A DNA stretch of 64,000 nt from Candidatus Micrarchaeota archaeon (lineage in GTDB: Archaea > Micrarchaeota > Micrarchaeia > Micrarchaeales > CABMGC01): NCBI GenBank assembly GCA_021810455.1, contig JAJZIU010000001.1:4613-68612 (forward strand). Direction: 5' to 3'. The number at the start of each line of letters is the position of its first letter. Position 1 is the stretch's first letter. Positions 19,439-27,854 of the stretch are shown in pieces. Both the position numbers and the translations under genes were made by a program. The notes beneath the pieces were generated by a model. It was not told the DNA's origin. It did not search any database and saw only the letters and a list, made by a program, of their open reading frames with translations.

Positions 19439-19807
19439 TTACTCTTCGTAATTTTCTTCTTCGCCTTCGCTGTATTCAGATTCCTCTTTAGAGGATTTCT
19501 TTGGAGCGCCCTCTCCTTTTTCAATTACTTCTATCTTCCCATATTTGCCAGTTGAAAGTTGAGGAGTTCCCCTAAATTCTCCAACATAACCATTGGTTAC
19601 CTTTACCTTATCACCAACGTTGATGTTGTATATATCATTACCCCAAAGAGATATTGCTATAGTGCCTGTGTCGTCCTTTAAAACAGCATTAGCAACATTA
19701 AGTCGTTTCCCGTACTTGGTTATTACTTCCTTTGGTTCTCCTTTCTCTGAGACTACTGCTTCGAGCTCAACATTTGATGAGCCTGCCTTTAAATCGCTTA
19801 TGTTCAT
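19439..19807 (-). CDS. ssb: Single-OB-fold ssDNA-binding protein with acidic tail
   Basis: ISDLK, LKDDTGTIAISLW, NGYVGEFRG, E-rich C-terminus. Confidence 0.9.
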   Translation of the reverse strand: MNISDLKAGSSNVELEAVVSEKGEPKEVITKYGKRLNVANAVLKDDTGTIAISLWGNDIYNINVGDKVKVTNGYVGEFRGTPQLSTGKYGKIEVIEKGEGAPKKSSKEESEYSEGEEENYEE

Positions 19808-19848
19808 AAAAACACCGAATTCATAGATTATGGACAGGAGAAGATATA

Positions 19849-20199
19849 TTAAGCTTTCTTAGTGTTTATTTTGTGTTTAGCGCCATATGCTTCATCTGCA
19901 TAATCGAGCAATGATTGAATGGTGCCAGACACCTTTATAGTGTAAAAACCCACGGATTCGCCTTCAAATTCCTTTAAGAATGAAAGACCCAATATGAGCT
20001 TGTCTTCAGTACCCCTATTTACCCGCATTATGAATACGTTCCCATCATACTGCTTTGTTACTCTTGGATTTGATTCGTATAAGTAACTCTCTCCAAGAAA
20101 CGTAGAAAGAATGCCAAGCATCTGTCTATGCTTTGAAATAACGTCTATGCTCCTTGACGACTCTATTAGAACGTATCGAGATTTTCTTTTGAGTATCAC
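19849..20199 (-). CDS. RNase P protein component Pop5/Rpp14
   Basis: KRKSRYVL N-terminus, FIMRV, TIKVSGTI. Confidence 0.85.
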   Translation of the reverse strand: MILKRKSRYVLIESSRSIDVISKHRQMLGILSTFLGESYLYESNPRVTKQYDGNVFIMRVNRGTEDKLILGLSFLKEFEGESVGFYTIKVSGTIQSLLDYADEAYGAKHKINTKKA

Positions 20200-20690
20200 A
20201 GAATGTCACCTAGTTTTGACACCATTTTTTTGGCGTATGCATCTCCGGCCCCCAAAAATCTTGCAATGCTCATTAATTGATAATAAGAAAGTAGGAATTC
20301 TCTGTTGTGTGCCATTGTTACAATAAGCACATCGGCGCCGGAGCGCATGGAAAACGCCAGCAGTCTTTTTGCACGATATATGTTCCTTGCTCTGGACGTA
20401 TAGTCTGATATCAGGGTGTTTGTTGAAATCAAGATAGGTTTCCCGTACGATGAAGCATCTTCTATAACCCTCTTCTCTAGTTCGTTGTCTTTTATTATGA
20501 CTCCTACAGCCCTGCCTTTTATTGCTTTTGAGAGTTCGCTAGGATTGCTGCTCTCAACTATCATCGTTTTGTTTGCATCGTATCTGTCACCAAGAATTAC
20601 ATCCTTTCCGAATTCATACACCTTTTCGTATCCTAATCTTTTCGAAAAGGATTTATCAACATCAAAGAATGCCAGATCAAAATAGTGCAT
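20196..20690 (-). CDS. RNase P protein component Rpp30 (divergent)
   Basis: Coupled to Pop5; C-terminal half resembles Rpp30 (IVTMAH...LMSIARFLG). Confidence 0.7.
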   Translation of the reverse strand: MHYFDLAFFDVDKSFSKRLGYEKVYEFGKDVILGDRYDANKTMIVESSNPSELSKAIKGRAVGVIIKDNELEKRVIEDASSYGKPILISTNTLISDYTSRARNIYRAKRLLAFSMRSGADVLIVTMAHNREFLLSYYQLMSIARFLGAGDAYAKKMVSKLGDIL

Positions 20691-20864
20691 CGTATCAATA
20701 TTGCTTATATTAAAAGATTTATATACGGAGTACTGAATTTTTGCTGTAGACGTTAGCCTCTTCGCAAAGATTTAAATATATTATTAGAGCATATTAGAGA
20801 GTGTAATACAGAGGAGTCCGGTTAGCGCAAATGCGCTTTATTATATACTACTTAAGGTGAACTA

Positions 20865-22130
20865 ATGGCAGAAAAACAACACATGAATTTGATCTTTATA
20901 GGACATATAGACCACGGCAAGTCGACAACAGTAGGCAGATTGTTATACGATACAAAAGCAATATCGGAACAGGACATGAAGAAAATGAAGGAAGAAGTTG
21001 CAAAGTACAACAGACCTTCATTCGAATTTGCCTTCGTTATGGACCAGCTTAAAGAGGAGAGAGAAAGAGGAATAACAATCGACATAATGCACAGAGACTT
21101 TCAAACTCCGAAATACTACTTCACAATAATAGACGCCCCTGGGCACAGAGACTTCGTAAAAAACATGATAACAGGAGCAAGCCAAGCAGATGCCGCAGTG
21201 TTAGTCGTATCATGCGTTGACGGTGTACAATCACAGACCAGAGAGCACGCATACTTGGCTAAGGTTCTAGGAATAAATCAACTGATAGTAGGATTGAACA
21301 AGATAGATGCAGCCAATTATGACAAGGCAAAGTATGAAGACGCAAAATCCAAAGTAAGCGATCTTTTGAAAACAGTAGGATATGATGTTAGCAAGATGCT
21401 GTTCGTACCTTATTCTGCACTTGAAGGGATAAATGTAAGCGAAAAATCGGACAAACTTTCATGGTACAACGGACCTACACTTCTTGCTGCACTTGACATG
21501 TTTGTAGTGCCTCAGAAGCCTGTTGACAAACCGTTAAGACTCCCAATACAGGACGTTTATAGCATTGCAGGTTTTGGTACAGTTCCAGTTGGAAGAGTAG
21601 AAACAGGAGTAATGAAACCTGGTGATCAGGTAGTGGTTATGCCTGGTGGCGCAAAGACAGAAATAAAGAGCATAGAGATGCACCATCAGCAATTACAACA
21701 GGCAGAACCAGGAGACAATGTTGGATTCAATGTCAAGAACATAGATAAGAAAGATATCAAAAGAGGAGACGTTATAGGACCTGTTACAAGCCCTCCGACA
21801 GTAGCTCAAGAGTTTACTGCACAGATAGTTGTAATAAATCACCCCACAGCAATAGCCCCAGGATACACACCAGTGTTCCACATACACACAGCGCAGATAG
21901 CGGCTACAATAACAGAGATAGTGGAAAAGAAGGACCCTAAGACAGGGCAAACAGTACAAAAGAATCCTGAATTCATAAAGAATGGAGATGTAGCAATAGT
22001 AAGGATTAAACCTTCAAAACCAATAGTTGTTGAGAAGTACGGAGACTTTCCACACCTTGGAAGATTTGCAATAAGGGATATGGGACAAACAGTAGCTGCA
22101 GGAGTAGTTCTTGATGTAACAAAGAAGTGA
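20865..22130 (+). CDS. tuf: Elongation factor 1-alpha
   Basis: [30 protein letters not shown]. Confidence 0.99.
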   Translation: MAEKQHMNLIFIGHIDHGKSTTVGRLLYDTKAISEQDMKKMKEEVAKYNRPSFEFAFVMDQLKEERERGITIDIMHRDFQTPKYYFTIIDAPGHRDFVKNMITGASQADAAVLVVSCVDGVQSQTREHAYLAKVLGINQLIVGLNKIDAANYDKAKYEDAKSKVSDLLKTVGYDVSKMLFVPYSALEGINVSEKSDKLSWYNGPTLLAALDMFVVPQKPVDKPLRLPIQDVYSIAGFGTVPVGRVETGVMKPGDQVVVMPGGAKTEIKSIEMHHQQLQQAEPGDNVGFNVKNIDKKDIKRGDVIGPVTSPPTVAQEFTAQIVVINHPTAIAPGYTPVFHIHTAQIAATITEIVEKKDPKTGQTVQKNPEFIKNGDVAIVRIKPSKPIVVEKYGDFPHLGRFAIRDMGQTVAAGVVLDVTKK

Positions 22131-22134
22131 ATCG

Positions 22135-22440
22135 ATGCCTTCGGCTAGAATAAAGCTTATAAGTAGGAGCAAAACAGACGCCAGAGATATTGCAAAGCAG
22201 ATATCCGAGATAGCAAAAGGTGCTGGTATAAAGTATAAAGGGCCAGTACCACTACCTACAAAAAGGCTTAAAATCTCTACAAGAAAGACCCCATGTGGAG
22301 ACGGATCACATACTTTTGAGCATTGGGAAATGAGAATCCACAAATGGCTTGTCGAGATAGATGGGACGGAACAGGCATTGAGGCAGGTTATGAGGATTCC
22401 TGTGCCTGACACAGTGCAAATAGAAATGACTCTGGGATAA
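22135..22440 (+). CDS. rps10: 30S ribosomal protein S10
   Basis: GPVPLPT, RKTPCGDGS, WEMRIHK. Confidence 0.97.
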   Translation: MPSARIKLISRSKTDARDIAKQISEIAKGAGIKYKGPVPLPTKRLKISTRKTPCGDGSHTFEHWEMRIHKWLVEIDGTEQALRQVMRIPVPDTVQIEMTLG

Positions 22441-22483
22441 GATTAGGTTAGGCTAACTTGATGGCAACTTTGGAGTCCAGTGC

Positions 22484-23632
22484 TTACGTGGATCCTGAGG
22501 AAGCTATGTCTTCGTATAACGAAGTTAGTTCTTCCACACTCTTTATAGAAACCCATTCGTTTGCCGTGTGTTCATTTCCACCAGTTGGACCTATTGTCAT
22601 TATAGGTATACCTAATGAAGCCAGCGCATTATCATCAGCAACAGATCTGCCATAATTTATCTGAAATTTGCCAAATTTTGTTGTAATGAGTTTTAACACG
22701 CGTTTTACCACATGGTTGTTCGGATCAACAATGTATGGTCTCATGTATGGCGTTTCTCGTTCCAGTTCGATTACAGTAGTCTTTGTGTTTTTATTCAATA
22801 CGCCATTTGAATATAACTTTTCCAAGTATTTTTCCACTCTTTTCTTTGTTTCTATTGCCTTTTCAGGAGTTACGAGCTGCATATCCATTTGAAGGAGTGT
22901 GCTTTCCGGTAAAGACAAGCTTGTCGCGGACCCTTCTATTTTATTTATAAATATGGTCTCGTTTCCCAGTTTTGTATGTTTCTTGTACTCAAATTTTGAC
23001 ATGTTTGTAACAATCTTTGCAGCTTCATCTATTGCGTTTATGCCTTTTTCAGGACTGGTAGCCGCATGGGAAGATGCTCCTTTTACATTGATAGCCATAA
23101 CAACCCTACCCCTTCTTCCTAGAGTGATGGTGTCTGGACCTCCAGAGTGTTCTTGAGAATCTCCGGCCTCTGCAGAGACTATCAATGACACATTATTGAA
23201 CCAGGGTTTTTCTGCGGTTATTGCCTTCCATACTCCTGCAGAGATGTTTTCTTCGTCTACGCAGAAAAGTAACTTTATGTTGTTCTTTCCGAATTTGCTT
23301 AAGGATGACAGTACTGCAGCTATTCCACCCTTCATATCTGATGCCCCAAGACCGTACAATCTGTCTCCAACAATCACAGGGTTTATGGGATTTGTTTTCC
23401 AAGATCCGTAAGCAGGGACGGTATCCATATGGCCGTAGAATAGTATTGCTTTGCCAGTTTTGCCCTTTTCTGCAAACAGATTGAACCGATTTTTAGATAG
23501 GTATTGCCTTTTAGTCTTGAAGCCATTTTCCGTAAGATAAGAATCGATATATTCTCCAAGATTTGATTCTTCTGGAAATTGGGATTTTATTGTTATAAGT
23601 TTTTTTAATATCTCAACAGTTTCATTATGCAT
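22484..23632 (-). CDS. M20-family metallo-amidohydrolase (ArgE/DapE-like)
   Basis: GHMDTV, YGLGASDMKGG, DEE, HTANEWV. Confidence 0.9.
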   Translation of the reverse strand: MHNETVEILKKLITIKSQFPEESNLGEYIDSYLTENGFKTKRQYLSKNRFNLFAEKGKTGKAILFYGHMDTVPAYGSWKTNPINPVIVGDRLYGLGASDMKGGIAAVLSSLSKFGKNNIKLLFCVDEENISAGVWKAITAEKPWFNNVSLIVSAEAGDSQEHSGGPDTITLGRRGRVVMAINVKGASSHAATSPEKGINAIDEAAKIVTNMSKFEYKKHTKLGNETIFINKIEGSATSLSLPESTLLQMDMQLVTPEKAIETKKRVEKYLEKLYSNGVLNKNTKTTVIELERETPYMRPYIVDPNNHVVKRVLKLITTKFGKFQINYGRSVADDNALASLGIPIMTIGPTGGNEHTANEWVSIKSVEELTSLYEDIASSGST

Positions 23633-23648
23633 TGATACACTTAGAAAA

Positions 23649-24899
23649 TTATTTTCTCAGTTCACCTGCGAGGTAGTTGATGATTACACTAGGCGGTAGT
23701 TTTTCACTGTTCCTCATCGCAGTCTGTATTGCTTGTGTGTTGTTGCTTTTTATATAATTTTCGTTTATGTTTGCAACTCTTGTAGCATCTTCCACAAAAC
23801 CCTCTTCGAGCAATCCAGTGTAAGAATACCTAACCAGAGTGCTTATCACATTCGACATGTTTGTATTGTTTATTTGCGTAGATGTGCTGCTTTTAGCAGT
23901 TTGGCTTATATCATCGAATGTTCCATTAAACGGTACAGGGATGCTCTCGACGCCGTTTTTTGCTATAAAGTATGTAAGGCCTATTACAAAAGCGTTTAAT
24001 GTTTGCATAGAACTGATCGTTATGGGAGTATCAGGAACCCTCAACTCTAGGACAAATTCAGATTCATTATTAACAAAATCAGGTCTTGGTCTTGCAAACC
24101 AGTAGATTTGGTGCGGTTCTAAAGACCTGAAAGGATAGTAGGAGTATGTGCTTCCATCCTCATTTGTTCTGATTTTGGTTAATTCTTCCCAATTAGCATC
24201 GAGCATCCCATTGCGTAGCCTTTCTTTTACCACTCTTGAAATCGAACGGAGGGTTTCGAAGTATTCTTCGTATGAATTTAGTTGTGGAGACTCTAGCATG
24301 CTTGATGGGAATCTTTCTAATAATTTAGAGTATCTAATTATTCTGCTGCTTTGATATCCTGTTTCCCTAACTTCCCCATCATGATATGTGTAAGGAGAAC
24401 TCGAACTTATTGCAAGTAGGACAGGATTTAGGTTTCTAAGCGTATTGTATATTTCAAAGCCTAACTGCTGATCACCAACACCTATTATTATTTGGTGGCC
24501 GTTTATGTCAAGGAAGGATTTTGCACATCTTTCAGATAATGAAGTGGTCCTATACCTTATTGGTTCTATAAAAGATACATCTTCGAATATTACCCCGCCA
24601 CCATATAACTGGCCATTTTCTTGCCTGGTGATGTTTGACAGTTGTTCTACAGAGCGCCTTAGCCTATGATTAAGCTCTTCAACATTAGCGGCCATCGATA
24701 CTTTTGATTCTATTGCGTGAATGGTGTTTACTTCGGGAGATAAATCTAAACGGTTTCTCCTGCAAGAATTGGCAGCAAGTACTTTAGAAGCTTGAACTCC
24801 GCGAATACCGAATTCTGTTTCATTGCTGATGCTAACTACCGCTCTTTTAGGTGTTGCTGTTCTAGTAGCGATGCTTGTGGATATAGCCATTAATCTCAA
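23649..24899 (-). CDS. Glutamate--cysteine ligase family 2 (GCS2/YbdK-like) carboxylate-amine ligase
   Basis: ETEF, GHQIIIG, PVLLAISSSSPY, SSR, YWFARPRP, LELRVPD. Confidence 0.8.
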   Translation of the reverse strand: MRLMAISTSIATRTATPKRAVVSISNETEFGIRGVQASKVLAANSCRRNRLDLSPEVNTIHAIESKVSMAANVEELNHRLRRSVEQLSNITRQENGQLYGGGVIFEDVSFIEPIRYRTTSLSERCAKSFLDINGHQIIIGVGDQQLGFEIYNTLRNLNPVLLAISSSSPYTYHDGEVRETGYQSSRIIRYSKLLERFPSSMLESPQLNSYEEYFETLRSISRVVKERLRNGMLDANWEELTKIRTNEDGSTYSYYPFRSLEPHQIYWFARPRPDFVNNESEFVLELRVPDTPITISSMQTLNAFVIGLTYFIAKNGVESIPVPFNGTFDDISQTAKSSTSTQINNTNMSNVISTLVRYSYTGLLEEGFVEDATRVANINENYIKSNNTQAIQTAMRNSEKLPPSVIINYLAGELRK

Positions 24900-25016
24900 C
24901 TTTGTGATTCGTATCTATTATATGATTATTTTACTATATATACTTTATGTTATTCTATTAACATGTTTGTTACTAATTTGAAAAAACTATATAAATGTTT
25001 ACTGTAATAAAAAAAT

Positions 25017-25697
25017 ATGGCTAGTGTAGCACAGGTAGTCGCAAGAATAATAGAGAACAGACCGTTTCTTGAAGAGGCTATTGCAAGCGAGATAGTTAAT
25101 TATGCGTATCTTGCAGACATGCTGAAACCAGAAGTAGAGGCAGAGTTGAATCGTGAAGTTAAAAGGGCAGCCATAGTCATGGCTCTGAGAAGGCTATCCG
25201 AAGGCATGAAGAAGGGTTTTGAAGGAATTGGGACGGTGTTCTTTAACGAATCGGATATAACAGCTAAATCAGGGATTTTTGAGCTTACGATTGAAAGAAA
25301 CCAGGATACGCTGAAAAAGGTATCGAAACTTTATGACATTGTTGATTTTTCCAAAGGGGATTTTTTAACGGTTACGCAGGGTTTGTATGAAATAACAATA
25401 TTGTCAAATGAAAAGTACAGGAAAAGTATAGAAGAGTTGTTCGGATCTAAAGAAAAATTCAGAGTAATTGACAAATTAGCTTCAATAACGGTTAGAATAC
25501 CGGAACATGCAGTAAGTGAAATAGGGAATTTTTATGTATTGACTAAGGCACTTAGTTGGAATAATATAAGCATAGTTGAACTTGTTTCAACATTTACAGA
25601 GATGACTTTTATAATAAGAGAACGCGATACAGGTCATGCTTTTGAAGCTGTAAAGAACCTTGTTGAAAGGAGTTCAAAGTCAGGCTTGAGACTATAG
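25017..25697 (+). CDS. ACT-domain protein, putative amino-acid-sensing regulator
   Basis: N-terminal helical domain (VNYAYLA...AIVMALRR); C-terminal ACT (NISIVELVSTFTEMTFII). Confidence 0.8.
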   Translation: MASVAQVVARIIENRPFLEEAIASEIVNYAYLADMLKPEVEAELNREVKRAAIVMALRRLSEGMKKGFEGIGTVFFNESDITAKSGIFELTIERNQDTLKKVSKLYDIVDFSKGDFLTVTQGLYEITILSNEKYRKSIEELFGSKEKFRVIDKLASITVRIPEHAVSEIGNFYVLTKALSWNNISIVELVSTFTEMTFIIRERDTGHAFEAVKNLVERSSKSGLRL

Positions 25698-25766
25698 GAA
25701 TAAAAACTAAAAATCTCGACAGGTTATTAAGTTATACTTAATAATATTAATATAAGAAATGATTTT

Positions 25767-26237
25767 GTGGAGCTTAACGAAGCGTCGCTTATAGAAAGGG
25801 AACTGACAGTAAGGAACCTTAGACTCAGTAGAGAAGTGTTAGAGACAAGACGGTCTGCGATAAGATGGCTCGCGCTGTCTTTGGGCATAATAAATCCCGG
25901 AGAGTCAAGACTTGGTTCTCTAGCGGTTTTGGATGCGCTGGTTTATTTTCAATTTGCTGTCAAGAAAGATCCAAACGTTAGGGAAATGATAGATTATATA
26001 AATGCAAATTGGGAAACAATTAATGAAAAAACCTTAAGGTATCATTTGTTAAGAATGAAAAAGATGGGTATAGTAGAAAACAATCAAAGCAAGTTTTATT
26101 TTAAACCGCCGCAGGTAGGAGATAGATTTGATGCATACGCTTGGTCTTCTGAATTGTTCGGGGCATTTTATAGCGGTGTTGCAGTTAAACTTGCTGACGT
26201 AATAAACAATCTGAAGAATAGAGATGTGGTTAGATGA
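25767..26237 (+). CDS. Hypothetical winged-helix protein
   Basis: NEKTLRYHLLRMKKMGIVE recognition helix and wing. Confidence 0.7.
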   Translation: MELNEASLIERELTVRNLRLSREVLETRRSAIRWLALSLGIINPGESRLGSLAVLDALVYFQFAVKKDPNVREMIDYINANWETINEKTLRYHLLRMKKMGIVENNQSKFYFKPPQVGDRFDAYAWSSELFGAFYSGVAVKLADVINNLKNRDVVR

Positions 26238-27847
26238 AAAAGTTGGAAATGTATTTATGGATAGTGTTTATAGCGGCGATAGCAGTAGCCGTGGTGTATT
26301 CAAGATTTATTTATAAACCCGAAGTTATGATGAGTTTGAGATTTACTTCTACTCCGAGCAACATTTTTGTATACCAAAATGTTGTTCTTCCAATAAATGT
26401 TTCAAACATTGGATCTATTCAAATAATAAACATGAGCGTGGGTATCTTCGTAAATAACACTTTGTCTGGAATTTACCATGTTTCCCTACCTAGGAACACA
26501 AGCGCGACGCTTAACTTTTCTTATACCCCCAAGTTGCCAGGTAAATATAATGTAACGGTCATGGCTGACCCAAACAATCTTTATAATTTAGGAAATAGAA
26601 AAAGTGCGAGTGACACATTTATACTCGTAGCAAATCCCGTAGAAACTCCTGCAGCTTATTCGTTGCTACCTGACGGACCAATAGTTTCAAGATCAATGGT
26701 AATGACAAACTTAGGATATGTTGCCTCTTCTTATCTTCTGAATAATTATAGCATGACACAATTGGGTTTATCTAATATAAGTGTGGCAAATTCGCTATTT
26801 TATCCGCTACTAAATCTTACAACACCGTATTTAAGCGATGTAGCAGTTGCAAGTGCAAGGTACAATAATGCTAGTGCTCTTTCCCTTTGGATTAGTGGAT
26901 ATCTTAAACCAAACATAGTAGATGTTGCTGCTGAAGGAAAGGGAATAAACTTCACAAACGAGAGTGTTGGGGGAAAAAGTGTATCTGTTATGCAACTTGA
27001 TTCTAATACTACGCTTTGTAGTTGGTATGATGGAGGCTGGATTAAGAATTTCGTATATAGAGGGCCATTATCGTGTTTATCAGTACTTAACAGGACAATT
27101 GTGCAGAATAAATCACAATCCAATCCGTTGGCAGATAAACTCAATCAATTATCACAAGGAGTTGTAGAGAACTTCAGCTATGCATACGGTGGAAATTATA
27201 TTATCGGAAAGATGTTAGTTGTTAATAGTTCGGTTATGTTTGCCTCTTTGCAAAATTTTGGTATAGATAACAATAGACTGTGCAGTGGCCCCATAACAAA
27301 CATAAATAACGCAAGCTATTGCAGCTATTATGTTTTTCCTTTGTCTGGAATGATAGGTAATTTTTCACTGATAAAAACACTCGCATTTACCAAAGAGTAT
27401 AATTCCAGCGTGGTGGCTTTGGTTAATACTTCGGATGTATTAAATCAGGTAGCCTACAATATTGGTGCACTTAATCAATTTAACATAACCGGACCGTATT
27501 TGAATTTCTCATCTGGAATAAGCAATATTTGTAAATTTGGAGGAGGATTTGAATGCTCTTCTGCTAAGTTGATAAATAACAGCGTGATGTTCACATTAGT
27601 CAACAAAAATAACGAAAGTGTGGTATTGAATAGTGTAGGGTGTATAGTTCAGAATGCAACGTATTATACCAATTTGACATCTGTTGTAGAGGTAGGTAAG
27701 TCTGTGAATGTCACTTCTGGTTGTGGGGATTTGTTTTCTTCATCTAATCCAAACAGTTACGTTGCAAGTATATATCTGAAATTTGGATTGAATTACACTA
27801 TTGGAGGAGCGCATAGATTCGCAAACGGTAACGTTTTGATCGTTTAG
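26234..27847 (+). CDS. Membrane-anchored surface glycoprotein with CARDB/Ig-like domain
   Basis: N-terminal TM, VSNIG...PGKYNVTVMADPNN, many NxS/T sequons, Cys pairs. Confidence 0.75.
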   Translation: MKKLEMYLWIVFIAAIAVAVVYSRFIYKPEVMMSLRFTSTPSNIFVYQNVVLPINVSNIGSIQIINMSVGIFVNNTLSGIYHVSLPRNTSATLNFSYTPKLPGKYNVTVMADPNNLYNLGNRKSASDTFILVANPVETPAAYSLLPDGPIVSRSMVMTNLGYVASSYLLNNYSMTQLGLSNISVANSLFYPLLNLTTPYLSDVAVASARYNNASALSLWISGYLKPNIVDVAAEGKGINFTNESVGGKSVSVMQLDSNTTLCSWYDGGWIKNFVYRGPLSCLSVLNRTIVQNKSQSNPLADKLNQLSQGVVENFSYAYGGNYIIGKMLVVNSSVMFASLQNFGIDNNRLCSGPITNINNASYCSYYVFPLSGMIGNFSLIKTLAFTKEYNSSVVALVNTSDVLNQVAYNIGALNQFNITGPYLNFSSGISNICKFGGGFECSSAKLINNSVMFTLVNKNNESVVLNSVGCIVQNATYYTNLTSVVEVGKSVNVTSGCGDLFSSSNPNSYVASIYLKFGLNYTIGGAHRFANGNVLIV

Positions 27848-27854
27848 AATTTCC

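Noticed and set aside
20824..20837. AGCGCAAATGCGCT hairpin in the tuf leader as a regulatory RNA
   Set aside because: Only a short stem; not enough evidence for a defined element
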